A program made the translations under genes and the position numbers. A stretch of 64,000 nt of DNA from an uncultured Gemmatimonadales bacterium (GTDB lineage Bacteria > Gemmatimonadota > Gemmatimonadetes > Gemmatimonadales > GWC2-71-9): positions 256,001-320,000 of the forward strand of contig CAVZZO010000003.1 in assembly GCA_963779755.1 (NCBI GenBank), in the 5' to 3' direction. This document shows positions 26,581-38,930 of the stretch, in pieces. The notes under the pieces are model-generated. The model was not told where the DNA came from. It searched no databases and saw nothing but the letters and a program-made list of their open reading frames with translations. Position 1 is the stretch's first letter. Each line of letters opens with the position of its first letter.

Positions 26581-28983
26581 CCCCAGCGACTCCCTGAGCC
26601 GGGCCAGTTCCTGCAGCACCGCCGGATCGATCTCCAGTTGCTCGGCCCGGTCCGCGTTCGCCAGCGCCCGGTCGCGCTCGCCCAGGCGCGCGTACGCGAA
26701 GGCCAGCTCGGTAAAGGGAATGCCGAGATTCCTGGCCATGCCCTGTGCAGTGGGGTCCAGATCGCGGAGGTCGGCGCCCAGCAGACCGGCGTAGCGATAG
26801 GTATCCCACATGAGTCTGGTGGTGGTGGGGATATCGAGCAGAGCCCCATAGAGGCGCCGGGAATCGACGCTCGGCGCCGTGGTGTCGACCGGCGCCTCCT
26901 GCAGGGTGTAGACGAGGCCCTGCTGCAGGATGGCATTCCCGACCCCATGCATGTCCCGGCCGGTCGTCATGCTCCAGCTCAGCGGCCGCCGGCCGAAATT
27001 CTCCTGGACGATTCGGGCGGCGGCGATATCGCTGGGCGGCAGATACCGGCCGCCAGGTATGATGTAGCCCAACGAGCCCAGGCGCAGGGTGAGCGGCTGG
27101 TCCAGCCGCACCGGAACGGGGCCGGTAAGGCGCGCGATGGCCGAATCGCTCAGCGTGAACAGCGGCGCCTCTGGCGCAGCCGGATGCCGCCCCTGCCAGA
27201 TGGCGGGCGCCCGGCCCTCATCGAAGGGCCGGGTCCGCCGCCGGCGCAGCTCGCGCAGATACCAGCCGGTGTTTGCCAGCGCCAGACAGACGACGTCGAC
27301 ATCGCGTCGGATGCCCGCCACCTCCTGGGCCCACCAGAGCGGGAAGGTGTCGTTGTCGCCGAAAGTGAACAGGATACCGTAGGGCGGAACAGAATTGAGC
27401 AGATTGTACGCAAAGTCCGCGGCGAGACGCGCGTCGGGGGTTTGCCGCCGCGTGGCCTGGGCGAAATTGCCGGCCACGGGAACCAGCGCCGTCGCCCCGA
27501 GCAGGGCCACTCCCACTGCGGCCGGACGGCCCCGGTAGAGCAGACGGCGCACCAGCACAGCGGCTGCTATCCCCGCCCAGAGGCCCCAGACCACGAAGCT
27601 CACCACGAAGAAATAGTCCCGCTCGCGCACCTCGTGATCCTGTACACTGGGCCAGCGATCCCACGCCAGGCTGTACCCTGGCTTGAAGTTCATGTACAGC
27701 ACGAGGCCCAGGCCGGTCGCCAGGAACAATCCCAGCAACAGCCACCAGCTGGAGCGGTCAAACCGGCGATGCAGCAGCAGCCCCTGAAACCCCAATACCA
27801 GGTAGATCAGCGTCACCAGCAACCGCCATACGGCGCCACGCTCGCCTCCCGGCAGGCTGCGGGCCCATTGCCAGTCGAAGTACTGCACGTAATTCACCAG
27901 CTGCCAGCCCAATACCTCGAGCGACCGTCCCGGGTTGCCGGGACCATGTTGCATGGTGGGATCGTCCAGCGGCGTGCGCGGCGGATACTGGGCCCGCTGA
28001 ATGACGGCCAGCAGTGCGGCCGGCGTTTCCGGCGCCGCTTCATTCAACACCGGATGCTGCCGGGCGCGTACATAGAGAAAGCCGTAGGTGGAGACGCCTC
28101 CCAGGGCCAGAGCCGGTACCAGCAGGGCGAAGCCCAGGGTCCGGGCCTGGACTGCCAGGAGGATCGCGCCCAGCAGCAGCACACCAGCCGAGATCATGAG
28201 CATCGGATTCCCCAGCCCCACACCCACCAGCAGCATCCACGCGGTTGCAACGACCCCCAGCTGCGCCCATTCCCGGCGCCGGTCCCCCGGGGTAGCGGCA
28301 GGATGCAGGCGGAGCTCGCTCCCGAGAAAGAGCACCACCGCGGGGCCGGCCAGGAGCGTGAGCAGGTGAGTGCCCACCGAGAGTCCGGCCAGGTACATGA
28401 CGAGGAGCAGCGTCCGGGGAGCGCGCCCGCTGCCGCGCCGGCGGCGCCACAGCAGCGCCAGCCAGGAGATGGCCGCGATGAGAAACGTCGCGACCGCGTA
28501 GACTTCCGTCTCGTTGGAGTTCTGCCAGTTGGTGAAGGTGAAGGCGCCGGTCAGGGCGGCGGCCGCCGCGCCGCCGATCCGCACCATCCGGTTACGGAGC
28601 TCCGGCCCGGGCGCCAGGCGCGCCAGCGCCTCGTGCACTACCAGAAAGAAGCAGCCGGCACCCAGCGCGCTGAGCAGGGCGCTCAGAAAATTCAGCCGGA
28701 CGGCGTACTGTCCCAGGGGAACCAGCGCGCCCCAGACGTGCGCCAGCAGCACGAACACCGGCGTTCCGGGAGGGTGAGGAATCCCCAGCACCTTCGCGGC
28801 CGCAATGAACTCGCCTGCATCCCAGAAGGTGACCGTCGGGGCCAGGGTGATGGTGTAGAGGACCAGCACGGCGGCCGACACTCCGCCGGCCAGGCCGTAG
28901 GGCGCCGCACCCGGCGTCCCGTGGGCCAATTCCGCGATGGCAGGCGTGGCTGCCCGTTGCTTGGCTCTGCGTGCTTTCGACAT
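26569..28983 (-). CDS. DUF2723 / TMEM260-like multi-TM glycosyltransferase
   Basis: LAPTVTFWDAGEFIAAAKVLGIPHPPGTP, EVRERDYFF, LFTFGDNDTFPLW; many TM helices. Confidence 0.88.
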   Translation of the reverse strand: MSKARRAKQRAATPAIAELAHGTPGAAPYGLAGGVSAAVLVLYTITLAPTVTFWDAGEFIAAAKVLGIPHPPGTPVFVLLAHVWGALVPLGQYAVRLNFLSALLSALGAGCFFLVVHEALARLAPGPELRNRMVRIGGAAAAALTGAFTFTNWQNSNETEVYAVATFLIAAISWLALLWRRRRGSGRAPRTLLLVMYLAGLSVGTHLLTLLAGPAVVLFLGSELRLHPAATPGDRRREWAQLGVVATAWMLLVGVGLGNPMLMISAGVLLLGAILLAVQARTLGFALLVPALALGGVSTYGFLYVRARQHPVLNEAAPETPAALLAVIQRAQYPPRTPLDDPTMQHGPGNPGRSLEVLGWQLVNYVQYFDWQWARSLPGGERGAVWRLLVTLIYLVLGFQGLLLHRRFDRSSWWLLLGLFLATGLGLVLYMNFKPGYSLAWDRWPSVQDHEVRERDYFFVVSFVVWGLWAGIAAAVLVRRLLYRGRPAAVGVALLGATALVPVAGNFAQATRRQTPDARLAADFAYNLLNSVPPYGILFTFGDNDTFPLWWAQEVAGIRRDVDVVCLALANTGWYLRELRRRRTRPFDEGRAPAIWQGRHPAAPEAPLFTLSDSAIARLTGPVPVRLDQPLTLRLGSLGYIIPGGRYLPPSDIAAARIVQENFGRRPLSWSMTTGRDMHGVGNAILQQGLVYTLQEAPVDTTAPSVDSRRLYGALLDIPTTTRLMWDTYRYAGLLGADLRDLDPTAQGMARNLGIPFTELAFAYARLGERDRALANADRAEQLEIDPAVLQELARLRESLGVSR

Positions 28984-29002
28984 GCTCCCCGCCCCCAAAG
29001 GC

Positions 29003-30183
29003 TCAGCCTGCCCCGGCGTCTCCCCGCTCCATCGCCTGGGCCAGGTCCAGCGCTTCCCGGCTCAGGGCGACATCGTGCACCCGGAAGAGACGGACGCCTT
29101 CACGGTAAGCCATGGCACAGGCCACGGCCGTGGCGCGATCGCGATCCCCCACCGCCCGTCCGGTGGCGGCGCCCAGAAAGCGCTTGCGGGACGGGCCGAC
29201 CAGTAGCGGCCGCCCCAGGGCGCGAAACGCCGCCAGCTGATCGAGCACCAGGAGGTTCTGCGCCGCGGTCTTGCCGAATCCGAGGCCGGGGTCCAGCACG
29301 ATACGATCGGCCTCCACCCCGGCGCCCACCGCCGCCTCCAGACGCTCGCGCATCTCGCGCAGGATGGTCCCCAGCGGATCGGTCCCGTAGTCGGCGTGCT
29401 CCAGCGACGCCATATCGGCGACACCGCCGCGCGAGTGCATCAGGATCACCCCGGCACCGCCCTCGGCTGCCAGGGCGGCCATGCCCGCGTCCAGCCGGAA
29501 CGCGGACGGGTCGTTGATGATCGCGGCTCCCGCGTCGAGGGCCGCGGCGGCCACATCGCGCTTCACGGTGTCCACCGACACCGGCACCGCGGGGTGGCGC
29601 CGCGCCAGCTCGCGAATCACCGGAATTACGCGCCGCCGCTCCTCCTCCGCCCCGACCGGGGACGATCCGGGGCGGGTGGATTCACCCCCCACGTCGATCA
29701 GCGCGGCGCCGTCCGCCACCAGGCGGTCGGCGTGCCGGAGTGCGGCATCGAGTGTGGTGTGGAGACCGCCATCGCTGAAGCTGTCGGGCGTCACGTTGAG
29801 CACGCCTGCGATCCGGTACCCCTCCAGCCCGATGGGACCGGCGGCGGTCAGCCATACGGGAGACGGGTCGGCCGGAAGGGCCGCCCCGATCGCGATGGCC
29901 GCCTGGCTCAGTTCAGGGGGAAGCGACCAGGGCCGGGCCAGGCCGGCCAGCCGGGACCGGCTGCCCGCCAGCAGGGCCCAGCCGTCGCCGCTCAGCAGGT
30001 CGAAACCGAGCCGGCCGGCGTGGAGCGCCAGCGCATCGCGGGTCGCGTCGTCGAGCGCGGTGAGATAGAGGAGGACCGGGGTGATCGCACCGCCGGCGGT
30101 GGCGGCGCGATCGGGATCCCATCCGTGGGCGATCAGCAGATCGCGCACCACCCGCGGCGAGTCCGCCGCGAGAGGCGTGACGA

Positions 30184-30187
<4 letters not shown>
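29003..30187 (-). CDS. folP: Dihydropteroate synthase with N-terminal extension
   Basis: GVLNVTPDSFSDGG, IDVGGESTRPG, SVDT, LDPGLGFGK, SRKRF, RVHDV; GTG start overlaps the ftsH stop. Confidence 0.95.
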
Positions 30188-32169
<1,982 letters not shown>

Positions 32170-32730
32170 CTATTCCAAATCCGCGATAAACGGGAGATGC
32201 CGGTAATTCTCCGCGTGGTCCAGTCCGTAGCCCACCAGAAAGGCCGGCGGAGCCTTGAAGCCGACAAACCGGATTTCCTCCGGCGGGTCGACGGCGATCT
32301 GCTTGTCCAGCAGGGCGCAGATCGCCAGGCTCCTGGGCTTACGGGCCCGCAGAACCTGCACGAGCCTGCGTAACGTCTGTCCTGAATCAATAATATCCTC
32401 AACCAGCAGGATATGTTGGCCTTCCAACCGGGTTTCGGGGTCGTAGACCAGGTGTACATCGCCGCTGCTGACCTTCCGCGCGCCATAGCTCGAGGCGACC
32501 AGAAAGTCGACCTGCAGCGGGCGCTCGATCTGGCGGACCAGGTCGCCCAGAAAAATGAAGCTCCCCTTGAGCAGCCCCAGCACCAGCAGCGGCCCATCGG
32601 GATAGGCCTCGGTAATCTCCTGGCCCAGCTCGCGGACCCGGCCCGCCACCGTCTCCTCGTCGAACACGATGGACTTGATCGGTTGGCCGCCGGTCCGGCG
32701 GAGAACCTCAGCCGAGTGTGACGTCAACAC
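32170..32730 (-). CDS. hpt: Hypoxanthine phosphoribosyltransferase
   Basis: GLLKGSFIFLGDL, LLVEDIIDSGQTL, FLVGYGLD, YRHLP. Start is GTG 32730 or TTG 32727. Confidence 0.95.
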   Translation of the reverse strand: MLTSHSAEVLRRTGGQPIKSIVFDEETVAGRVRELGQEITEAYPDGPLLVLGLLKGSFIFLGDLVRQIERPLQVDFLVASSYGARKVSSGDVHLVYDPETRLEGQHILLVEDIIDSGQTLRRLVQVLRARKPRSLAICALLDKQIAVDPPEEIRFVGFKAPPAFLVGYGLDHAENYRHLPFIADLE

Positions 32731-34030
32731 GCAGAGCCTCCGCTCCCGCCCGGGGTAGACGATGATCCGACCGGCACACGCCGGGGACCCACACCACGCC
32801 ATCTGCCGCCACCAGCACCGGCCAGCGCTCCCGCCGGTGCCGCGGCACGCGCGCGTCCTGGAAGCAGCGGACCACGAGCCGGTTTCCGATGCCCCCGACC
32901 GGCCGCAGCCGATCGCCGGGCCGCCAGGGCCGGACGGCGAGCTCGCCGGGACTGAACCAGGCCCGCAGTGCCATCCGTTCCTGTCGTGCCGGAGCGATTT
33001 CGCCGCTCCAGCGGAAGCGCCACCGGCCCCATTCCTGCGCGCCAGCCTCGCCGTCCAGGGGCCACTGCTCCCCGGGCGATGGAGACGGCGGCTCCACGAA
33101 ATGCGCCCGGCCGAACGCGAGCGCCAGGGCCCATCCACTCCCCAGTTCCACCCGCGCGCCACTGGCGCCGCGACGGAGAAACCGGACCACCCGCTCCGCC
33201 CGCCGCGGGCCCAACCGGCACCCGGCGCGCCGCGCAGCCGCCATCAGCAGGGCGGTCAGCAGCGGCGAATCATACCCGGCGGTTCCGGCCACAGCAACCG
33301 AAGCGCCGTCGACCTCCTGCCGCCAGTCAATGCCCGGGAGGCGCTCGAGCGCCTGGTCCCACGCGGCCCGATCCAGTGCCGCCTGGGCCGCGGTGCCGGT
33401 GAGCCTCGCGTGGAGATCGGGCACGCGAGCCTCGATGCCGGGCAGCACCCGCTGCCTGAGCCAGCTCCGCAGGTGGCGCGGATCGTGGTTGGCCGGATCG
33501 TCCCACACGTCCAGTCCACGTTCGAGCACATACCGCGCCAGTTCCTCGCGCCTGAATGGCAGGAGCGGGCGAACCAGCGATCCCGCCACCGCGGCCATTC
33601 CCGCCAACCCGGCGGGTCCGGAGCCATGCAACAGCCGCAGTACCACTGTTTCTACCTGATCATCCGCCTGATGCGCGGTGATAAGATACCCGGCGCCGGC
33701 TGATTGTCTGACCCGCTCCAGCCAGCGGTAACGGCGCTCGCGGGCGACGGTCTCCCCCGCCATCGGGCCCAGGTTCAGCTCGACGCTATAAAAAGGAAGG
33801 GAGACGTCGGCGGCACGGCGCCGCACCAGATCGGCCACCCCGGCACTCCCGGGGTGGATGCCGTGGTCGGCGTGCGCCACCAGCAATTCGAGGCCATGGG
33901 CCGCTCGGCTGGCCAGCAGGAGATCGAGCAGCGCGGCGGAATCGGCGCCGCCCGAGACGGCCACCAGGGCGCGGCCGGGAGCCAGGCCCAACGTGGCCAG
34001 ATGCCGGGTAAAGCGCTCCAGCAGATCCAT
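32708..34030 (-). CDS. tilS: tRNA(Ile)-lysidine synthetase
   Basis: VAVSGGADS PP-loop, ARERRY, AHQADDQVET, VRPLL; tilS-hpt-ftsH synteny. Confidence 0.95.
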   Translation of the reverse strand: MDLLERFTRHLATLGLAPGRALVAVSGGADSAALLDLLLASRAAHGLELLVAHADHGIHPGSAGVADLVRRRAADVSLPFYSVELNLGPMAGETVARERRYRWLERVRQSAGAGYLITAHQADDQVETVVLRLLHGSGPAGLAGMAAVAGSLVRPLLPFRREELARYVLERGLDVWDDPANHDPRHLRSWLRQRVLPGIEARVPDLHARLTGTAAQAALDRAAWDQALERLPGIDWRQEVDGASVAVAGTAGYDSPLLTALLMAAARRAGCRLGPRRAERVVRFLRRGASGARVELGSGWALALAFGRAHFVEPPSPSPGEQWPLDGEAGAQEWGRWRFRWSGEIAPARQERMALRAWFSPGELAVRPWRPGDRLRPVGGIGNRLVVRCFQDARVPRHRRERWPVLVAADGVVWVPGVCRSDHRLPRAGAEALRVDVTLG

Positions 34031-34115
34031 ACCGAAAGATAACCGTAGGCACCGGGATTCGGGGCGTCAGCACCCCCTTCGCCTCCGAAGAACCGGTGGC
34101 GCCGCCCCTTGGCGG

Positions 34116-34790
34116 CTACCCCCCGGCCTCCCTCGTCCGGCTGGCCCCAGGGCCGGACCGGCGACGCCGGATTTCCAGCGCCACCCGGGCCTCGATCATC
34201 TCCACGCCGATCCGGTTCTGCCCGCCCTCCGGCAGGATGATGTCGGCGTAACGTTTCTGCGGCTCGACAAACTCGAGGTGCATGGGCCGCACGGTGGAGA
34301 GGTACTGGTCGATGATCGAATCGAGCGAGCGGCCGCGCTCGGTCAGGTCCCGCTGGAGGCGCCGGATGAACCGGACGTCGTCGGCCACGTCGACGAAAAT
34401 GCGAATATCGAACAACGCACGCAGCGCCGGATCGGTGAAGAGCAGAATGCCCTCCACCAGAATCACGTCGCGCGGCTCGACCCGCACGGTGCCGGAGGCG
34501 CGGGTATGCGCGACGAAATCGTAGGTGGGCTTCTCCACCGGCTGCCATGCCGTCAGGGCCTGGAGATGCCGCACCAGGAGCGGCATGTCGAGAGCGTCGG
34601 GATGGTCGAAATTGACCCTGCGTCGCTCCTCCAGCGGAAGCGCGCCGAGATCGCGATAGTACGCGTCCTGGTCGAGCAGCAGCGCGTCCAGGCCCAGCGA
34701 CTGGTGGATGGCGCGGGCCACCGTGGTCTTGCCCGAACCCGTTCCACCCGCCACGCCGATCAGCAGCGGGCGCGGTATGAGAGCGTTCAT
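34116..34790 (-). CDS. udk: Uridine kinase
   Basis: IGVAGGTGSGKTT, QDAYY, NFDHPDA, VEGIL, RFIRRLQRD, VRPMHLEFVEP. Confidence 0.95.
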   Translation of the reverse strand: MNALIPRPLLIGVAGGTGSGKTTVARAIHQSLGLDALLLDQDAYYRDLGALPLEERRRVNFDHPDALDMPLLVRHLQALTAWQPVEKPTYDFVAHTRASGTVRVEPRDVILVEGILLFTDPALRALFDIRIFVDVADDVRFIRRLQRDLTERGRSLDSIIDQYLSTVRPMHLEFVEPQKRYADIILPEGGQNRIGVEMIEARVALEIRRRRSGPGASRTREAGG

Positions 34791-35686
34791 GCGGCGCTCC
34801 GCCGGCGGCGGATCAGCTCCGCCGCGGTGATGCAGGCAACCAGCCACACCGTCCCCGCACCATAGCCGGCAACCACATCGCTGAAGTAGTGCACCCCCAG
34901 GTACACCCGGCTGAAGCCGATGAAGAGCACCAGCAGCGCCAGCGCCGGCACCACCCAGCGCGCCACCTGGCGGGAGAAGGCGAGGGTGATCAGATAGGCC
35001 AGCAGACCGTAGGTGATCAGGGAAACCATGGCGTGGCCGCTGGGAAAGCTCCAGGAGCGATAGGTAGCCGCAAACTCGGGACGGGCCCGCTGGAAGATCC
35101 ACTTCAACAGCTGGTTCAGCAGTCCGCCGCCGGCCAGTCCGGCGACCCAGACGGCCAGAAGATAATTCTGCCGTTCGAAGAGCAGCAGAAGCCCGGTGGC
35201 AATCCCGACCACGGTCACCGTGAAGCTCGACCCCAGGAGCGTAATCCGGAGCAACCAGCGAGTAAGCCCGGCGGTTCCATGCTGGTGCAATGCCAGCGTG
35301 AGCGCCAGGTCGAACCGGGTCAGCCCGGTCTGGCCCACAATGCGCTGGGCCAGGACTACGAAGAGAATGATCCCCGCGCTGGCGAAGAACCCCGCCGCCA
35401 GGTGAAAGCCCAGATATTCGCCGGGGGTAAGCCGACGGCGCAGAAACGCGAAGAGACGCGGATACCTGTGACGCAGGACCGCCACCGGCGGCTGGCGACG
35501 CAACCAGGCCCAGCCCTTCCCGGCAACGCGCCAGACCAGCCCGCGATGCCCCACCAGCCAGGGCCCGAGCACCGAAGCGGCAAGGTAGACAATGGCCGCC
35601 AGGACGAAGACGCCGAACACGGCCGCCAACGCATGGCGGCTGATCAGCTCGACCAGGAAGCGACCGGGGTAGCCCGCGCTTGGCAC
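34787..35686 (-). CDS. PAP2-family membrane phosphatase
   Basis: KWIFQRARP, SFPSGHA, SRVYLGVHYFSDV. Start position uncertain. Confidence 0.92.
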   Translation of the reverse strand: MPSAGYPGRFLVELISRHALAAVFGVFVLAAIVYLAASVLGPWLVGHRGLVWRVAGKGWAWLRRQPPVAVLRHRYPRLFAFLRRRLTPGEYLGFHLAAGFFASAGIILFVVLAQRIVGQTGLTRFDLALTLALHQHGTAGLTRWLLRITLLGSSFTVTVVGIATGLLLLFERQNYLLAVWVAGLAGGGLLNQLLKWIFQRARPEFAATYRSWSFPSGHAMVSLITYGLLAYLITLAFSRQVARWVVPALALLVLFIGFSRVYLGVHYFSDVVAGYGAGTVWLVACITAAELIRRRRSAA

Positions 35687-35693
35687 GGGCAGG

Positions 35694-36131
35694 TCAGGGC
35701 CGCAGCCGCCGTTCCAGGCGGGACACCAGCCGGAGGATCAGCAGCACCAGCAGGGTGGCGCCACCCGCGATGACATAGTATCGAAGTCCGGACGCCATTC
35801 CCACCGCCGCAGCCACCCAGATTCCGGCGGCTGTGGTCAGGCCGTGCACCTCGCCCTGCTTCCGCTGGACGAAGATGGTCCCGGCGCCGAGAAAGCCGAC
35901 ACCGGTGGCGATCGCCTGCACCAGGCGGATGGGATCATAGCTCATCCCCACGGGGCCCTGCTCCCGGATCAGCAGCTCCCCCACGACACAGAACAGCGCC
36001 GATCCGACGCCTACCATCATGTAGGTGCGCAGCCCGGCGGACTTGCCCGCGCTCTCACGCTCCCAGCCGAGGAGGCCGGTCAGCACTCCCGCCACCAGCA
36101 GACGCAGCAGAAGATCGAAACGAGGGTCCAC
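35694..36131 (-). CDS. MgtC/SapB family membrane protein
   Basis: GWERE, AGLRT, GVGFLGAGTI, GLTTAAGIW. Confidence 0.93.
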   Translation of the reverse strand: MDPRFDLLLRLLVAGVLTGLLGWERESAGKSAGLRTYMMVGVGSALFCVVGELLIREQGPVGMSYDPIRLVQAIATGVGFLGAGTIFVQRKQGEVHGLTTAAGIWVAAAVGMASGLRYYVIAGGATLLVLLILRLVSRLERRLRP

Positions 36132-36168
36132 CGGGCCTCCTCGATTGGGAGTGGGGCCTGCCGGCGGC

Positions 36169-36570
36169 CTACTCCAGCGAGCGCGCGGCGCGCTCCAGCT
36201 TGATGCGGGCTTCGCTGGCCAGCTCTCGCAGGTGCGGGTCCTGCTCCAGGTCTCCCACCCCCATGAGCACGTCGGGATTGCCGATCCGCACCAGACTCCC
36301 GTCGCCTGCCGCCTCGACCGTCACATTGCAGGGCAGCAGCAGACCGGCCTCGGCCTTCCGTTGCAGCGCCCGATGGGCCAGGGATGGATTACAGGCGCCG
36401 AGAATGACGTAGGGGCGGAAATCGGCGTTGATTTTCTCGCGCAGGACCTGCTGGACGTCAATCCGGGTGAGCACCCCGAAGCCCTCGGCTTTGAGAGCTT
36501 CCGTCACCCGCTCGATGGCCTGGTCGAGCGGCAGCTGCAGCCGGACCTCGAACCCGAGACCACTCGGCAT
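36169..36570 (-). CDS. DUF302 family protein
   Basis: EGFGVLTRID, YVILGACNP, GLLLPCNV. Confidence 0.92.
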   Translation of the reverse strand: MPSGLGFEVRLQLPLDQAIERVTEALKAEGFGVLTRIDVQQVLREKINADFRPYVILGACNPSLAHRALQRKAEAGLLLPCNVTVEAAGDGSLVRIGNPDVLMGVGDLEQDPHLRELASEARIKLERAARSLE

Positions 36571-36582
36571 AAGGACCTCCCC

Positions 36583-37347
36583 TCAGTGTTCCTTCGGGCT
36601 GAAGCGCTCCAGACACTCGCGTTCGCCCGCCGTCAGACTGGCCAACCCGCTCCGGCTGATCTTGTCCAGAATGCGGTCGACCTCTTCCCGGTTTACCTCG
36701 TGCAGCCGCTCGCGCGGGATCCGGGCCCAGCGCTGCAGCGCGCCCAGGTCGGCGTTCGTCCTCTGAACTGAAGGTGCGGCCGCCTGCTTGCGGAACTTGT
36801 GGGCGGGCGAGCGGTACTCCCAGATGCGGAGAAAAAGAAACGCACCCGCGAAGCCGCCCAGGTGGGCATAATGGGCGATGCCCTGGCCGCCGAAGCCGAA
36901 GAGCGACATTACGGTCATCAGGACGATCAGCAGCCACGCCTCGATGGGCAGGACACCCCAGATATACAGCCGCTCGCGGGGCCAGTAGCGGGCGAATGCC
37001 AGAAACACCCCGAACACGCCGGCCGACGCACCGATAATGGCCGCGCCCGGGGTGATGAGCAGCGACAGCAACGCACCGGAAATGCCGCTCACAAAGTACA
37101 GGCCCAGAAAGGCCGGGCCGCCCAGGCGCATCTCCACCCGGGGGCCCAGAAAGTACAGCCCCAGCATATTGAAAAGGATGTGCCACAGGCCGCCATGAAC
37201 GAACATGTAGGTCACGATCGTCCAGGGGTGAGTGGCCAGCAGCGGAGGGTAGAAGGCCAGCGCATCGGTCAGGCCAGGCCCCAGCGTCTGCTGCAGGAAG
37301 AACACCATGGCATTCGCGACCATCAGTCGCAGCACCCAGCGGCTCAT
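36583..37347 (-). CDS. Rhomboid intramembrane serine protease
   Basis: TYMFVHGGLWHILFNM, GASAGVFG, AHYAHLGG; C-terminal EVDRILDKISRSG domain. Start uncertain. Confidence 0.92.
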   Translation of the reverse strand: MSRWVLRLMVANAMVFFLQQTLGPGLTDALAFYPPLLATHPWTIVTYMFVHGGLWHILFNMLGLYFLGPRVEMRLGGPAFLGLYFVSGISGALLSLLITPGAAIIGASAGVFGVFLAFARYWPRERLYIWGVLPIEAWLLIVLMTVMSLFGFGGQGIAHYAHLGGFAGAFLFLRIWEYRSPAHKFRKQAAAPSVQRTNADLGALQRWARIPRERLHEVNREEVDRILDKISRSGLASLTAGERECLERFSPKEH

Positions 37348-37388
37348 GCTGCGAAGGCTAAAGCCATTCCGGGCCAGCGGGTAGGGGC

Positions 37389-37703
37389 CTAGTCGGTGTC
37401 CTCTTCGGCCGCCTCGCCGTGCTTCACGATATCGCCCGGCTGGAAGAGGATATCCTGCAGGGTCCGGCGCCACGCCGGACGGCGGCGCAACAGGAACTCG
37501 AGATCCATGCCGAAATGCTTGAATTCCTCCTGCTGCGCGTTGCGCATGATAGCCCGGGCCTCGCGGTCGGTTTCCACCGCCATACGCTGCTCGTACCAGC
37601 CGATGGCTTCGGCCTCCTCGATCAGCGACACCATCATCCGGGCGAAGGTGCGCGTCTCGGCCGGCAGTTCTCCGGGCGGTTCATGGTACTGGTCGAATCC
37701 CAT
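37389..37703 (-). CDS. Encapsulated-ferritin (EncFtn)-like protein
   Basis: YHEP, SLIEEAEAIGWYEQR, EEFKHFGMDLEFL, ILFQPGDI match the EncFtn half-ferritin pattern. Confidence 0.85.
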   Translation of the reverse strand: MGFDQYHEPPGELPAETRTFARMMVSLIEEAEAIGWYEQRMAVETDREARAIMRNAQQEEFKHFGMDLEFLLRRRPAWRRTLQDILFQPGDIVKHGEAAEEDTD

Positions 37704-37732
37704 GGTTCTCGGTTCTCGCTGGAAGGTGAAGG

Positions 37733-38134
37733 TCAGGCGCCGGTGCCGCCGTGCCCCAGCCGGAGCGCGGCGGAGTTGAGGCAGTAGCGCAGCCCGGTAG
37801 GCGCGGGCCCGTCGCCGAACACGTGTCCCAGATGCGCCCCGCAGCCGGCGCAGCTGATTTCCCTGCGGCGCATCCCATGACTCGGGTCGGTGGTCATCGA
37901 GACATTGGCCGCGGTATGGGGAGCGTAGAAGCTCGGCCAGCCCGTGCCTGAATCGAACTTGTGCTCCGAGGAGAAGAGGGGAAGCCCACAGCAGACGCAG
38001 CGATAGACTCCCGCCTCTTTGCAGTCCCAGTACTCCCCGGTGAACGGCAGTTCCGTCCCGTGCTCCTGGGTGACGCGGTATTGTTCCGGCGTCAGCTGGG
38101 TCCGCATGGCTTCATCCCGCCCTTTGGGACTCAT
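37733..38134 (-). CDS. msrB: Peptide-methionine (R)-S-oxide reductase
   Basis: [35 protein letters not shown]. Confidence 0.96.
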   Translation of the reverse strand: MSPKGRDEAMRTQLTPEQYRVTQEHGTELPFTGEYWDCKEAGVYRCVCCGLPLFSSEHKFDSGTGWPSFYAPHTAANVSMTTDPSHGMRRREISCAGCGAHLGHVFGDGPAPTGLRYCLNSAALRLGHGGTGA

Positions 38135-38206
38135 GATTCCCCCTCTCGAAATGCCTGCCGTATGCTGCGGCGCCGTGCGGCGCGACGCTACGCGCCAGAT
38201 CACACC

Positions 38207-38677
38207 TCAGGCGAGCCGCCCCCGCCGCACCGCATGGATGAAATCCGTGTAGGCCGGTTCCCCTCCGGACTCGCGAACCCGGACGGCGATCTGGCCCCGG
38301 TGGTAGGATCCATGAAGCACGACGTGGAGGACGATGTCATCGACGCGGTTGCGCCATGCCTCGCCCTTGGAGTTGGTGTACGCCACGTCGCGGCCCGATG
38401 TGCCCGGAGTTTCCAGCGATGCCAGCACCGAATCCCAGCGCGACGGCAGCGCTGCGAGGCGAGTTGCACACTCCTCCAGCGTCCAGCGAGGCCAGACCGG
38501 CAGGGTGGGCGCGCTCGGCGCGATCCTCCCCAGCCACAGGTGCTCCGCCGCCACGATATGCGCCAGCAGCCGCGCCGGCTCGGACAGGTCGCCGGGCTCC
38601 TGCTTCAACCCTTCCAGCACTTCACGGTTGGCCCAATGATTGTGCCGCAACATGCGCCTGGCGTGCGTAAGGTCCAT
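38207..38677 (-). CDS. DinB family protein
   Basis: HNHWANR, LAHIVAAEHLWL, HVVLHGSYHRGQI. Confidence 0.9.
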   Translation of the reverse strand: MDLTHARRMLRHNHWANREVLEGLKQEPGDLSEPARLLAHIVAAEHLWLGRIAPSAPTLPVWPRWTLEECATRLAALPSRWDSVLASLETPGTSGRDVAYTNSKGEAWRNRVDDIVLHVVLHGSYHRGQIAVRVRESGGEPAYTDFIHAVRRGRLA

Positions 38678-38877
38678 CACTTCCTCCAGGTGACCGATTC
38701 CCGGCCTGTCTCGCCCGTGGCACACCCCTGTCCTCCTCCGGTATTCTCCCGCAGGCCGGGCAGGAAACCCAGGAGGGGTGTCGGGGCGACACCGGGCAGT
38801 GAACCCCCCGGAGGTGACCCCCTAGCTACTTGTCACAGAACGACTTGGAGCAACAGTGACAGTTGGCACACCCATTG

Positions 38878-38893
38878 GGGTACGGCGATTGCT
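38878..38893 (+). promoter_or_regulatory. Possible sigma54 (-24/-12) promoter
   Basis: GG-TACGGCGATT-GCT (GG-N10-GC with TTGCT), 37 nt upstream of ATG 38931. Confidence 0.4.
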
Positions 38894-38930
38894 ACCTTTC
38901 AGCCGCCATGCACCTTCCTGTGAGGGCGCT

